DNA from: a virus
IMG/VR virus record: IMGVR_UViG_3300042882_000881
Location: 32,001 to 96,000 of that record
Direction: 5' to 3' (one strand)
DNA length: 64,000 bases
In this document: in pieces, positions 30,302 to 40,669 of the stretch
How positions within the stretch are numbered: position 1 is the stretch's first letter
Layout: the number at the start of each line of letters is the position of its first letter
Made by a program: the position numbers and the translations under genes
The notes under the pieces: model-generated
What the model was told of the DNA's origin: nothing
What the model saw: the letters and a program-made list of their open reading frames with translations, nothing else
Database searches by the model: none

Positions 30302-30676
30302 TCAGAATGCAACAGCTTCTTCTTCTGATACTGAAGTGTTCTTCCTTGGTAGCTTTGGAATCTTAGCAAAGTTATTTACTCTAATCTTTAATGTTGAGTG
30401 CTTAACTCCATCCTTTTCCCAACTATCATTTCGGATAGAACCCTCAACAAACACAAGATCACCCTTCTTGAATGTTTGAGAAATATTCTCCGCTCCAGAA
30501 TCCCATGCTTCACAAGGAATAAACGATGTAATCTTATCCTTGGTTCCATCAGCCCTTGTAAACTCCCTTGATGTTGCAACAGTAAAGTTAACAACAGAAG
30601 TAGCCTTGTCTCCTGTACCAACCTTGCGTAGTTCAGGATCTCGTGCCAAATTACCTCTTAGTGCTACCATATTCAT
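30302..30676 (-). CDS. ssb: Single-stranded DNA-binding protein
   Basis: MNMVALRGNLARDPELR, KKGDLVFVEGSI; acidic tail EEEAVAF. Confidence 0.95.
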   Translation of the reverse strand: MNMVALRGNLARDPELRKVGTGDKATSVVNFTVATSREFTRADGTKDKITSFIPCEAWDSGAENISQTFKKGDLVFVEGSIRNDSWEKDGVKHSTLKIRVNNFAKIPKLPRKNTSVSEEEAVAF

Positions 30677-30726
30677 ATAAAGTTCCTTATCTTAAAAAAG
30701 TTGATTCCAATACCAAACACAAACTT

Positions 30727-30754
30727 ATTATAGGATGACCACAGGAGTAGTCAA
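30727..30754 (-). promoter_or_regulatory. Sigma70-like promoter for ssb
   Basis: TTGACT-N16-TATAAT in the intergenic gap. Confidence 0.75.
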
Positions 30755-30756
30755 GC

Positions 30757-32397
30757 CTACAACTGCCACATCTTTTTAATAATCAAGCTAGTGCCTTCCT
30801 TGTTTTTAGACCCGGCAATCAGAACAGTGTTACCGGTATCTAACAGATGATTATATTCCAAATGTTGCTCTGGAAAACATACAACACAGTCCATTCCTCC
30901 AGTAGAATCAGATATGCTGATGAATGACATTTCTTGTCCAGGATTTTTTCCCTTTTTTGTTTTTATAACATTTATATCTTGTAGTTCACAAGCTATAACT
31001 ATTTCTTTTCTGTTAGTATTTTTAAATTCTTTACATGTTGTATTAGCATTAAGAATATCACAACCATCAATTTTAGAACATGTTATAGATGTTCCTAGCA
31101 AACTATGTTCATTATCTGCTATCCATTCTGGAGTATCAATTAAACTATATGGCGGATGTTTCAAAATATTATATATGTCTTTAACAACTATTAGTCTTTT
31201 TGCCGATGCTATACAGGATTTTTTGCCCACTTCGCAAGTGAGAATAAACTCTAATACATCTTGTAAATTTTTAAATTCTGCAAGCTTAAGATTGGATATG
31301 ATCCATGATCGTTCTCTGTCTGTGAATCCAGAAACAGCATTATATATTGCCATCATATAATTTCTGTTCATCTTTAGAAAGTCTAATGATCCAGAACATA
31401 TCAAAGATTTGGCTGCTGTTGAGTTTAGTTTAATTAGTACATTAAAACATAGCTCTATGAATGTCATATTACTAATGTCATAATTATTCTCTTTAATTAT
31501 TACCATTAGTTTATCATACATTGAGTCTCCAAAACCTTTGATGTTAGTTAGTCCAAAATATACGATATTCTCTTTAAGGATAAAATTTTTATTTAACAGT
31601 CTGAGGTCTGGAACTTTAATAGATATGTCCATCTCAATAGCATTATTTACCAATTCCCTAATTTCTTTCTGAGGATCTATTTTATCTTTAGCAAACATGA
31701 GATATGATGTAAAGAATATCTTAGGAAAGTGGGCCTTCGCATATGCTGATAAATATGCATTAAACGCATAACTAACGGCATGACTTTTATTGAATGAATA
31801 TCTTTGAGATTTTTCAATCCAATTAAATAGCTCGTTAGCCTCAGGCTCATTTACTGTTTTTAGCTTTTTTGATCCTTCCAAAAACATTTGTTTAACTTTT
31901 GCCATTTCTTCTGGCTTCTTTTTACCAATAGCTTTTCTTAACATGTCCGCTTCTTTAAGATCGAACCCTGCTATTTTTTGTGCTATTTGCATAGCCTGTT
32001 CTTGGTAGATCATCTCCCCATATGTTTTATTCAGAATTGGCTCAAGAGAACTATGGAAATAGTCTATAGACTCAAGATGATTCTTTTTATCAATATAATG
32101 ATGAGTTACACTTTTACCTTCTCTAAAAGCTTCCAAACATCCTGGCCTCATAATACTAACCAGAGCAGCAAGTTGTTCTATGTTCTCTGGTTTGAGTTTT
32201 TTGGCCAAGGATTGGCCTAGTCTAGACTCTAGCTGAAAACATCCCTTTGTATTACCATCTGATATAATCTGCCAAGTTTTTTTACAGTCTAGATTAATAT
32301 TTTCAATATTTAAATCGAAAACTATACTAGGTCGCTCCGGACCCACTTTTGTAATATCAAAAGAGCATCCGCAGTCCTTATATGTAAATTTTTTCAT
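30757..32397 (-). CDS. dnaE: DNA polymerase III alpha subunit, C-terminal half (fingers, HhH, OB)
   Basis: GCFQLES, SIMRPG, IYQEQAM, AD.LRKAIGKK, YSFNKSHA, C-terminal OB fold. Confidence 0.93.
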   Translation of the reverse strand: MKKFTYKDCGCSFDITKVGPERPSIVFDLNIENINLDCKKTWQIISDGNTKGCFQLESRLGQSLAKKLKPENIEQLAALVSIMRPGCLEAFREGKSVTHHYIDKKNHLESIDYFHSSLEPILNKTYGEMIYQEQAMQIAQKIAGFDLKEADMLRKAIGKKKPEEMAKVKQMFLEGSKKLKTVNEPEANELFNWIEKSQRYSFNKSHAVSYAFNAYLSAYAKAHFPKIFFTSYLMFAKDKIDPQKEIRELVNNAIEMDISIKVPDLRLLNKNFILKENIVYFGLTNIKGFGDSMYDKLMVIIKENNYDISNMTFIELCFNVLIKLNSTAAKSLICSGSLDFLKMNRNYMMAIYNAVSGFTDRERSWIISNLKLAEFKNLQDVLEFILTCEVGKKSCIASAKRLIVVKDIYNILKHPPYSLIDTPEWIADNEHSLLGTSITCSKIDGCDILNANTTCKEFKNTNRKEIVIACELQDINVIKTKKGKNPGQEMSFISISDSTGGMDCVVCFPEQHLEYNHLLDTGNTVLIAGSKNKEGTSLIIKKMWQL

Positions 32398-33083
32398 ACA
32401 AATGAATCTTTAAACTTTATCTTCTCAAATAATTTTCTGTGTAGTTTTAGAAACCTGATCAAAATCTCAGCAGTATCTTTAACGTCCTTCAGAGCGTCGT
32501 GTGACCCCGCTGTTGATATACCAAGATAACCTCTGAGGCTATCCATTGTCAAGTTCTTTATTTCTTTAGATCCTTCAAACCAATAAAAAATAAGATTCAT
32601 CACATCAATTGTATCTCTAGGATAAAATATAGATGATGTTCCATCATTGGTAACATTGTCATATTTTTTAGATAGTCTTTCTGTAATCTTAAGATCAAAT
32701 CTAAAGATGTTATATCCTGCCGCTACTGGAGCACTAAACATACTCTTTCTAGTTGATCTAGAATGATACTTATCTAAATAATTGATAAATGTTTCCCACG
32801 ATTTATTTTGTGCAGGATATGTCTTCCATTCTGATAAAATTTGTTCTGGCGAAGATCCTTTGACTTTTGCATGCCAGTCTAATATATCAGAATCAGTATA
32901 TGGATTATCAACTATATCTTCTAATTTTTCTGGTTTTAAATTAATATTAAACTCAGAATCTTTAATAATTTCTAACCTTGTTGGATCCACCATTATTGCG
33001 GCCAATTGAACTGGGCTACAAGAATACGGATCGCTTCCGTCCGTCTCCATATCGAAGACGCAAATTTTCCTATTATTTAACAT
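32394..33083 (-). CDS. DEDDh 3'-5' exonuclease (epsilon/RNase T-like)
   Basis: FDMET, GYNIFRFD, HDALKD motifs. Confidence 0.9.
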   Translation of the reverse strand: MLNNRKICVFDMETDGSDPYSCSPVQLAAIMVDPTRLEIIKDSEFNINLKPEKLEDIVDNPYTDSDILDWHAKVKGSSPEQILSEWKTYPAQNKSWETFINYLDKYHSRSTRKSMFSAPVAAGYNIFRFDLKITERLSKKYDNVTNDGTSSIFYPRDTIDVMNLIFYWFEGSKEIKNLTMDSLRGYLGISTAGSHDALKDVKDTAEILIRFLKLHRKLFEKIKFKDSFV

Positions 33084-33087
33084 TTAA

Positions 33088-33273
33088 TTAGTTTTGTGCT
33101 GGTGCCTTCACAACGTCTTGTAGTGGTGTGACAACAATCTTGCTGGCTTCATCACCAACAATCTTGGCATTACATCCAACCTTGCAGCATGAGATGCGTT
33201 CTTCTTTAACCTTAACGTGCTTAATATCATTTAGTACGAATTCATCACCAACGGCCAATTCAAAAAATTTCAT
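33088..33273 (-). CDS. Small hypothetical protein
   Basis: 61 aa, AAGGAG RBS, follows a promoter; SCCKVGC. Confidence 0.65.
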   Translation of the reverse strand: MKFFELAVGDEFVLNDIKHVKVKEERISCCKVGCNAKIVGDEASKIVVTPLQDVVKAPAQN

Positions 33274-33305
33274 ATTTAACTCCTTTGAAATTTGTAGTTA
33301 TACTT

Positions 33306-33333
33306 ATTTTAGATACACTATAGAAAAAGTCAA
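33306..33333 (-). promoter_or_regulatory. Sigma70-like promoter between the dnaE halves
   Basis: TTGACT-N16-TAAAAT overlapping the dnaE-N stop. Confidence 0.65.
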
Positions 33334-35168
33334 TCAACCAGAAAATCTCTTATCTGCATTATTTTGTCTAATAATGCTACACCTAATATATCAAACTTTA
33401 CAATTCCCAATGACTCTAGATCACCCATCTCTAATCCGGCTATATTTTGACCAGTTTTTGTATCATGAATCATTGGACATAATTCGTTCAAACCTAATGC
33501 CGAAATAGCCACACCAGCAGCGTGTTTAGACTGATGGCATTTTGTCCCCTCAAGTCTAATAGCCTGCTCAAAACGCTTTGCCAGAGGCCCAGCAAGCTGA
33601 TTGGAGTCATCCACATAGCACCATTGTTTTAGCTTTTCTGAATTATTTTCTAATGCCCATCGAATAATTGAGGCTTCGCCGTATTCTTCTTTCATTTCTT
33701 GAAGTTCATCTGCTATTTTTGCCTCATCTGGTATATTTTCTGTTATCCTATTTGTTTCTTCGAAAGAAATATTACCATATACCCTTAATACTTCTTTTAG
33801 GGCACCTCTACCTTTAAGAGTATTAAATGTGATCATTTGGCTTACTTTATCAGAACCATACTTTTGCTTAATATAATCTATAACGCTTTCTCTTTTGTCA
33901 ATAGGAACGTCAACATCAATATCTGGCATGGATATTCTTTCTGATGTATTTCTTCCACTATTGTAAAATCTTTCAAAGATCAAATCATATTTAATAGGAT
34001 CAATAGATGTTATTCCTAATAAGTATGATATTAAACATCCAGCCGCACTACCTCTTCCTGGTCCTGGTAGCCAATTATTGGATTTTATATAGTCTATAAT
34101 ATCTCTTACTATTAAGAAATACCCAGCAAGTTTAGCCTCTTTTAGAACAGTCAACTCTTGATCAAGTCTAGACGAGTATTCTTGTCCAAGTTTTAAATCA
34201 AGCAGCTTTTGTTTTGTTATTTGAGTTAGATATTCATGTTCAGAAATTCCATTAGGACAAGAGAATGGTGGAAGTCTAGGATTACTCAATATATCATATT
34301 CTTCTATCATATTTGAGATTTTAATAGTGTTAGATAATTCTACCTCTGAATGTAATGCTTCCATCTCTTCATTACTTAGTATATGATAATTATCTGATTT
34401 AAAAAAGATATCCATACCAAATTTCTCATTGCTGATTAACTTTTGATTGATATCACTAAAGGTTGTTTTTAGATTATTGCACAATAAAATCCGCTGATCA
34501 ACAGCATCTTCCTTCTTGCAATAATGAGCATCGCATGTTGCAACAAGATTTATATTATTCCCAATTTTTCTATAAAATTCGGTCAAAGTTTTTTGTACAG
34601 GATTTATGTCTTGATCCATGAGTTGACACTCTAAAAATACGTTCTCAGATCCAAAGATTTTATTTAATTCATTTATTTTATTCAATAGGAGTTCAACAGC
34701 ATTATCTTTTAATGTCTCACCATCAAGCATATCGTCTGCGATCACAGATCCAGGGTGACCAGTTATACAGATAAGATTTGAGCAGTCAAATTCTGCCAAG
34801 TCTTTGAGAGATAGTCTTGGCTTATAATAAAAGAATTCTGAACTATTCGATCTAGAAACCAATTCAATAAGAGTTTTCCATCCCTTATAGTTCTTGCAAA
34901 GAACCACCATATGGGACAGTTCGGCATTTTCTTTAGTTTTAACTAATGCGTCTTCTTTACAGATATAAAGTTCTACCCCAAGAATTGGCTTTATTCCAGC
35001 CTTTTTCATTTTCTGATAAAATTGGATTGCTCCACAAATATTACCATGATCTGTTATGGCACAGGATTTAATTCCTAATTCTTTACATCTATCTGCAATT
35101 TGATCTGGCTTAGATAATCCATCCAATAAACTATAGTGACTATGAACGTGAAGTGGTATATATGGCAT
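33330..35168 (-). CDS. dnaE: DNA polymerase III alpha subunit, N-terminal half (PHP + palm)
   Basis: LHVHSHYSLLDG, AITDHG, GRGSAAG, PDIDVD, HAAGV, KFDILG. Confidence 0.95.
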   Translation of the reverse strand: MPYIPLHVHSHYSLLDGLSKPDQIADRCKELGIKSCAITDHGNICGAIQFYQKMKKAGIKPILGVELYICKEDALVKTKENAELSHMVVLCKNYKGWKTLIELVSRSNSSEFFYYKPRLSLKDLAEFDCSNLICITGHPGSVIADDMLDGETLKDNAVELLLNKINELNKIFGSENVFLECQLMDQDINPVQKTLTEFYRKIGNNINLVATCDAHYCKKEDAVDQRILLCNNLKTTFSDINQKLISNEKFGMDIFFKSDNYHILSNEEMEALHSEVELSNTIKISNMIEEYDILSNPRLPPFSCPNGISEHEYLTQITKQKLLDLKLGQEYSSRLDQELTVLKEAKLAGYFLIVRDIIDYIKSNNWLPGPGRGSAAGCLISYLLGITSIDPIKYDLIFERFYNSGRNTSERISMPDIDVDVPIDKRESVIDYIKQKYGSDKVSQMITFNTLKGRGALKEVLRVYGNISFEETNRITENIPDEAKIADELQEMKEEYGEASIIRWALENNSEKLKQWCYVDDSNQLAGPLAKRFEQAIRLEGTKCHQSKHAAGVAISALGLNELCPMIHDTKTGQNIAGLEMGDLESLGIVKFDILGVALLDKIMQIRDFLVD

Positions 35169-36229
35169 TACTCTACTGATCCTGGGTCTTTGTACTTACT
35201 AACATTATGGCCAAGATGAGTGTAGTTGTCAATTACAAAATCTAGACCATGCAAATCAGTGTCATGTTTAATCTGCTCACACTTGCACATAGCGTATCCA
35301 GGATTTGTTTTCATCCTGTCTCTGTATTCTACTATTGGATCGATATTAGTATCCTCAAATGTTGTTTTTCCAAAATGACACAGCTTATTACATTTCCAAG
35401 TTTTATTTAATCTTGGTCTTTGTGTATTTTTAATAGTTTCAAATTTTTGTCTTAACATATTCTCAGTTTCTGGAATATCGCTTTTATCAAAACAAACAGA
35501 AAACGCTCCACCGTCGTTGATAAAGTTAATTGATACTATTATGTGTTGTATTTCTGGAAATAAAATACTCACAGCATAATGATACATTCTTAATTGTGGA
35601 TCTTTTTGCAGTTTGGCTAATGTTTTTTCTTCACCTGTTGCCCAATCTAATCTTCTTCCTGTTTTCCAATCTATTATCTCTAAAGTATCATCTTGTATTT
35701 TAGTTATAAGATCAATAGTTCCTTTGATTCCAAGATTTCCAGAGATTTTACCTTCATTTGTATCAAACTCATATTTAGCCCATGGTTTATTAATAACGAT
35801 GTCAAATTTTTGTTCTGGTTGAACTATATTTCTTAGTCGTGGGTCAAACATTCTATTATTATAGACAAGAGCTTGATTAATCCACTTTATACAATCCTTC
35901 TTATCTTTCTCTTCCCATTCATGATGAGTAAATTGTGAAGTGTAATAAGAGTAAACCTTATTTATTAATGAATGTATGAATGTTGCATCAAACATACTAT
36001 TTTCTTCTAGATCTATTTGTCCAACAATATCATCTATTATAAAAGATTCTTTTTTCTGTTCCCCATGTTTCATGATAGCTAATATTTCTAGTACTTTATG
36101 TACTATCGTTCCTTTATCAGCTTTTTTATTCGACGGAGATCTATGTCCAAGAACATACTCTATAAAGTATTGTTGCTCGCACATTGAATGAGTATTAAAT
36201 GAACTACTTCTCAAGTATGTTATTATAAT
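35168..36229 (-). CDS. Cas4/RecB-like PD-(D/E)xK exonuclease with a Cys cluster
   Basis: N-terminal SSS..C, GTIVH, IDL..IIDWKT, QLRMY, C-terminal C..C...C; start uncertain (TTG 36214 or ATT 36229). Confidence 0.8.
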   Translation of the reverse strand: MIITYLRSSSFNTHSMCEQQYFIEYVLGHRSPSNKKADKGTIVHKVLEILAIMKHGEQKKESFIIDDIVGQIDLEENSMFDATFIHSLINKVYSYYTSQFTHHEWEEKDKKDCIKWINQALVYNNRMFDPRLRNIVQPEQKFDIVINKPWAKYEFDTNEGKISGNLGIKGTIDLITKIQDDTLEIIDWKTGRRLDWATGEEKTLAKLQKDPQLRMYHYAVSILFPEIQHIIVSINFINDGGAFSVCFDKSDIPETENMLRQKFETIKNTQRPRLNKTWKCNKLCHFGKTTFEDTNIDPIVEYRDRMKTNPGYAMCKCEQIKHDTDLHGLDFVIDNYTHLGHNVSKYKDPGSVE

Positions 36230-36816
36230 GGTAATATTCCTTTATTTACTAAATAATTATATAAGAATTTATTCTGTTCATCAATAGTCATTAAGCTATT
36301 TTGAATAACAAGATCAAAATTTTCCATAGGATAATTCGCTATATCTAGCGCTGTTTCGCTTTCATGATCCGAATTATATGGATTTCTAGTCAACTTTATA
36401 ACAGCCCCACCAGCATCTTGTATGGCTTTAACTTCATTTGGAAATCTACAGTCTGCTATTATGGAAAGAGGCTTTTTTTCAGAAGTTATTTTATTTATTG
36501 TAGCATCTACCCACACACTATTTTTTAACTTTCTAAAAAAGTCTGTTCCAACAAATTGCATAACTTCTCGTGCAGTAAGATTTTTACCTTCCCAAAAACA
36601 ATCTGTCATAGTATTTTTATACTCATCAGATCCATAGCATTGGTCATGCGTGAGTCCTAGTATGTTTATACAAATATCTTTTTTAAGAGCATCTGCAAAA
36701 TTATATACCTGTGCCTTTTGTCCACACATCTTAGATATGTATTGTTCTGCAACAAAGTTTGCACATGTTGTTTTTCCAGACTGTTTTCTTCCAGCAAATG
36801 CTATAATTTTTATCAT
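36223..36816 (-). CDS. Deoxynucleoside monophosphate kinase
   Basis: GRKQSGKT, FADALK, REVMQFVGT, DCRFPNE, HESE. Confidence 0.9.
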   Translation of the reverse strand: MIKIIAFAGRKQSGKTTCANFVAEQYISKMCGQKAQVYNFADALKKDICINILGLTHDQCYGSDEYKNTMTDCFWEGKNLTAREVMQFVGTDFFRKLKNSVWVDATINKITSEKKPLSIIADCRFPNEVKAIQDAGGAVIKLTRNPYNSDHESETALDIANYPMENFDLVIQNSLMTIDEQNKFLYNYLVNKGILPL

Positions 36817-37958
36817 AAAATTTTCCCTAAATAATTTTTAATTTCAGAATCAATTTCTTCTTTTGTCATATCTCCAACATCATTTTTTGAAATTTTTGGA
36901 GAGAATATCCTATATGTTTTTGAACACTTACTAATGATTTGTTTTTTTGCTGTTTCACCAGCACTATCATTATCTGTTAATATAACCAGTGTCATAGCGC
37001 CTGCAAGATCAAGCAATATTTTCTGCTTATCGCTTAATGTGGACCCAAACATTGCTACGCTATTATGTATTCCACTTTCTTCTAATCTCCAAACATTGCC
37101 CGGACCTTCTACTAGAATAGCAACTCCTGATGATTTAATATGGTCTTTAGCAAACCAGTAATTATAAAGATTCTCTTGACTTTTAAAATCAAAATTGTGT
37201 TTCCATTTTGAGTATTTATATCTGTCCTTAACGTCTGGACAAGGATTGCCCGAATTATGATGAGACTTACAGTTTTCACACTTTTCAAATATGCTACGAC
37301 CAGTGCATCCTATCATAAACTTATAATCATTATCATAAATAGGAGCAACAATTCTATTGTACATCTCCTTACCTTTTGATAAACATACTCCAATATCATA
37401 TTTATCTAATATTTCTGATGAATATCCTCTATCAAGATAATATTGACAAGGAAAACTTAATAGTTTCCTAACCTTATCTCTTGGCACACCCATGATTTTT
37501 TTATTAGCATTGGGTCTTAAATTAGTAACTATTTGATTAAACTTATTCTTTTCTGTATTTTTAGGTTTTGATATTTGAGGACTATCATTAGATAAAAACT
37601 TTTGTATAAAGACTAATGTGTCAGCAAAAGAAACTACTTGGTCGCCCTTTTGTTTCCAATTCTTACTCCTATTAGATAGTACTCCTCTTATAAAGCCTAT
37701 TATTGAACCCATAAAAACTTGTTCGCATTTATGAGTTCTACATTTCCAGTTTCCTCTATATGAGTCCCCATACGGATATATATTAAATGCTGAAGGATTA
37801 TCTCCACCATGTATTGGACAATTACAGATGAACATCTTGGATGTTTTTCTGGCATCTATCTCAAAGTATTCAAATAGATCATCTATCTTATCACACAAAG
37901 AATCTGAGATATTTTTCAGATCTTCTGTATTATATGAAGGAGATGTTGTCGTTGTCAT
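36813..37958 (-). CDS. dnaG: DNA primase (CHC2-type Zn finger + TOPRIM)
   Basis: CPIH..C..C, ILVEG, DND.AG; start taken at MTTTT. Confidence 0.85.
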   Translation of the reverse strand: MTTTTSPSYNTEDLKNISDSLCDKIDDLFEYFEIDARKTSKMFICNCPIHGGDNPSAFNIYPYGDSYRGNWKCRTHKCEQVFMGSIIGFIRGVLSNRSKNWKQKGDQVVSFADTLVFIQKFLSNDSPQISKPKNTEKNKFNQIVTNLRPNANKKIMGVPRDKVRKLLSFPCQYYLDRGYSSEILDKYDIGVCLSKGKEMYNRIVAPIYDNDYKFMIGCTGRSIFEKCENCKSHHNSGNPCPDVKDRYKYSKWKHNFDFKSQENLYNYWFAKDHIKSSGVAILVEGPGNVWRLEESGIHNSVAMFGSTLSDKQKILLDLAGAMTLVILTDNDSAGETAKKQIISKCSKTYRIFSPKISKNDVGDMTKEEIDSEIKNYLGKIL

Positions 37959-39399
37959 CTTGTGCTTCTTCTTTGTCTTCAATAACAAATCCATCAGATT
38001 TACTTCCCTTATTTTTCATCAACTCTATCCTAGTTTTACCTTCAGTTATCTTAGCACACCAACCCTTCATATGACAGTTGATGTAATCATTCTCATCAAG
38101 TCCTCCGCCGTGCCTACTAATTAATGGTACTAATTTACGATTACCATTTTGAGGACCGTCTTCCGCCATCTCTTCGTCAGTTTTTCTTTTAAAGATCGTA
38201 AAGTTACTACACAACCAAACTATTCTATCAGATCCGCTTGCAGTATCTGTACTTTCTTTATTGATTCCATCCCTATTTAATTGTATAAATGCTACAACTG
38301 GTATTTTGTATTTAACAGCGAAGTTGTGAAGTGATGTCATCATGAATCCCAATAGTTGATACTCTTTAAGATCCTGGCTCATTCCTTGGGTATCCATAAG
38401 CTTTAAATAGTCATAAAATATAACACAGTCTTTTGCAGACCCATCATTATTCAATCCTACAACTTTTGTTACCCATCTTCGCATAATGCCTAATTGTTCA
38501 TCAAATGCTTTTCCTGCAATTGACTTATAATATATGGGAGCATTTTCTAATTGCTTTGTGGCATTATATATCTTTTCTTTTTTCGCTGGTGATTGTGCGA
38601 ATTTGCCAGTTTCTATATCTCTTAAATCATTTTCAGAGATCATACCCAATAAGCGATTAATATGATCTTCTCTGGTCATTTCTGTATCTAGATTAAGAAC
38701 AGGAATATTTTTATTAGCAATATTCCAACCCATATTATCTACAAGCAATGTTTTACCAGTTTTTGGTCTTGCTGCGATAACATTAATAGTTCCTCTTCTA
38801 AGGCCGCCACCTATTGCTTCATCATAAACAGGAAATCCTGTTGCTATACCAATTTGATCTACAGGATTATTTTCTAAATCTTCTATATATGATGTTGCAT
38901 TTTCTCCCACAAGACACGGATTGTGTTCGCCATCATTTAATAAACTTGTAAAATCAAATACAGTATCTTCTGCTAATGATAGAATTTGATTAATAGATTC
39001 GCTTCCGCTAACATCTAAAAGCTTATCTTGAGCTAACTCAAGTTGCTTATGTAATAGTCTAGCTATTTCTAGCTTTCTTATTTTAGCCGCAAATTTTCTA
39101 ACGTTATCTTTATTAACAGGAAAATCTATAATAGATTTTAAGTGTATTGTTTCGTCATTTTTAGATAAGATATGATAAAGATTTAATTCTTGAGCAACTG
39201 AATATATAGATGCTATATCTACAGTCTTAATTTCTTGTATTTCAAATAATCTTTTTAAACACTTATATATGATAGTATTACTATCAACACTAAATGTCGC
39301 CTCTTGTATTATATCAACAACATCCAGATATGACTCATTTCCATATTGGATAATTCCCGAAAGAACAGCTCTTTCTGCTGCTGGATCACTAAGTATCAT
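37930..39399 (-). CDS. dnaB: Replicative DnaB-like helicase
   Basis: AERAVL, AARPKTGKT, DTEM, DYLKL, QLNR. Confidence 0.93.
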   Translation of the reverse strand: MILSDPAAERAVLSGIIQYGNESYLDVVDIIQEATFSVDSNTIIYKCLKRLFEIQEIKTVDIASIYSVAQELNLYHILSKNDETIHLKSIIDFPVNKDNVRKFAAKIRKLEIARLLHKQLELAQDKLLDVSGSESINQILSLAEDTVFDFTSLLNDGEHNPCLVGENATSYIEDLENNPVDQIGIATGFPVYDEAIGGGLRRGTINVIAARPKTGKTLLVDNMGWNIANKNIPVLNLDTEMTREDHINRLLGMISENDLRDIETGKFAQSPAKKEKIYNATKQLENAPIYYKSIAGKAFDEQLGIMRRWVTKVVGLNNDGSAKDCVIFYDYLKLMDTQGMSQDLKEYQLLGFMMTSLHNFAVKYKIPVVAFIQLNRDGINKESTDTASGSDRIVWLCSNFTIFKRKTDEEMAEDGPQNGNRKLVPLISRHGGGLDENDYINCHMKGWCAKITEGKTRIELMKNKGSKSDGFVIEDKEEAQDDNDNISFI

Positions 39400-39400
39400 T

Positions 39401-39796
39401 TTAGCCTTGTGTTGAAGAACAGTTGTTGCACTTATATCTATCGGCGGATTCTGGTAATAACTTTGGACTTACTTCATCAGTTTTGCCACAGATTCTGCAT
39501 GTTACATTGATAAGAGAAAATTCTCTTGATCGTGGAGTTGGTGGGAATTTTTGTAACTGTTTGTCAATACTAGTATCAGACTTATGCATATTCATTTCTG
39601 GCATAGATAAGAATTTGTTTTGTCTTTCCTGATCAACTATCCTTTTTGACTTTGTTACACTTTGAAGTTTTTGTTCTTTTGCTTTGGATTTAGTCTTAGA
39701 CTTTTTTGGAGTAGCTTCTTCCTTGGGAAGCATTTGTTGTAAAAGCCCAATTAATTGGTTTATTTGAGTAGGATCAAGATCGCCTAAATTAGCCAT
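39401..39796 (-). CDS. Zn-ribbon hypothetical protein
   Basis: C-terminal CRIC...CNNC. Confidence 0.65.
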   Translation of the reverse strand: MANLGDLDPTQINQLIGLLQQMLPKEEATPKKSKTKSKAKEQKLQSVTKSKRIVDQERQNKFLSMPEMNMHKSDTSIDKQLQKFPPTPRSREFSLINVTCRICGKTDEVSPKLLPESADRYKCNNCSSTQG

Positions 39797-40268
39797 TCTT
39801 CACCTTCATTTTTTGAATATTTAGTAGGATATTTGACATATTATTGATTGACGTTGCTAAGTATGATAGTCGATTTAGCCTCTGCTTCGCATACTTTCTT
39901 ATTTTCTCAAGGGAACTAGCTTTTTCATTATGTTTGATAGCTTGTAATGATTTTTCCACATATCCATAACCCTTATATGAATTGATTTCATCTGCTATAA
40001 TAGACTTAATAGTATCTTCTGACCAATCATATCTTGCTTGTTCTCTATTAATTGTTCTTTGTGTATGAAAGCTAAACTGAGACAATCTATATGCGATCTG
40101 TCCACAATCTTCTGGAGTAAGCTTTTCTATCTCATCTCTATTCATAGATAAATATTTACTTAATTCCTCTTCGGACATTAATGCCGCATTATATTTTGGC
40201 AGACCAATAGAGTTCTCATATTCATCCAGAATATTATCCCAATACGATACTTCGTCTTTTGAATTCAT
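39789..40268 (-). CDS. Helical hypothetical protein, possibly a UvsY-like recombination mediator
   Basis: Coiled-coil ORF near recA; ATGA-coupled start at 40268. Confidence 0.4.
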   Translation of the reverse strand: MNSKDEVSYWDNILDEYENSIGLPKYNAALMSEEELSKYLSMNRDEIEKLTPEDCGQIAYRLSQFSFHTQRTINREQARYDWSEDTIKSIIADEINSYKGYGYVEKSLQAIKHNEKASSLEKIRKYAKQRLNRLSYLATSINNMSNILLNIQKMKVKNG

Positions 40269-40669
40269 ACTTTTATTATTCGCTGTTTCCATTCTTCTAA
40301 GCTTTCATTAAATGGTAGTTCTATATATTCTATATTATTTATTTCGCACCATTCTTTTTTCTCATTATCTCTTTTTTTATGCTTTATAAAACCCATAGCA
40401 TTATTATGATAATAAGCCACAAATTTATAATGTTGTTCACCATGAACTTCTATAGCTTTTTTTAAAAGAGGAATATAAAAGTCTAAATATAGGGTCTCAT
40501 TTCGCCTTAATGGTATGCCAATTTCTTGTAATAATGGAATTGTTGGATATATTTGTATCAATAGTTGATTAGCGGCCTTATGAAGACCAGAGACATTTGA
40601 CCTTAAATTTTTAATCTTTCCTAATAAAGACCAATTGTGCTCATGACCATCAAGATCTTTTATGATCAT
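40265..40669 (-). CDS. Vsr/DUF559-like endonuclease
   Basis: LDFYIP..AIEVHGEQH...RDNEKKEWC. Confidence 0.75.
   Translation of the reverse strand: MIIKDLDGHEHNWSLLGKIKNLRSNVSGLHKAANQLLIQIYPTIPLLQEIGIPLRRNETLYLDFYIPLLKKAIEVHGEQHYKFVAYYHNNAMGFIKHKKRDNEKKEWCEINNIEYIELPFNESLEEWKQRIIKV

Noticed and set aside
32394-33330. Split intein or self-splicing intron interrupting dnaE
   Set aside because: No intein terminal motifs; the gap holds ordinary genes with their own promoter and RBS
35168-36229. CRISPR-Cas system suggested by the Cas4-like gene
   Set aside because: No array or other cas genes; solo Cas4-like nucleases are common in phage replication modules
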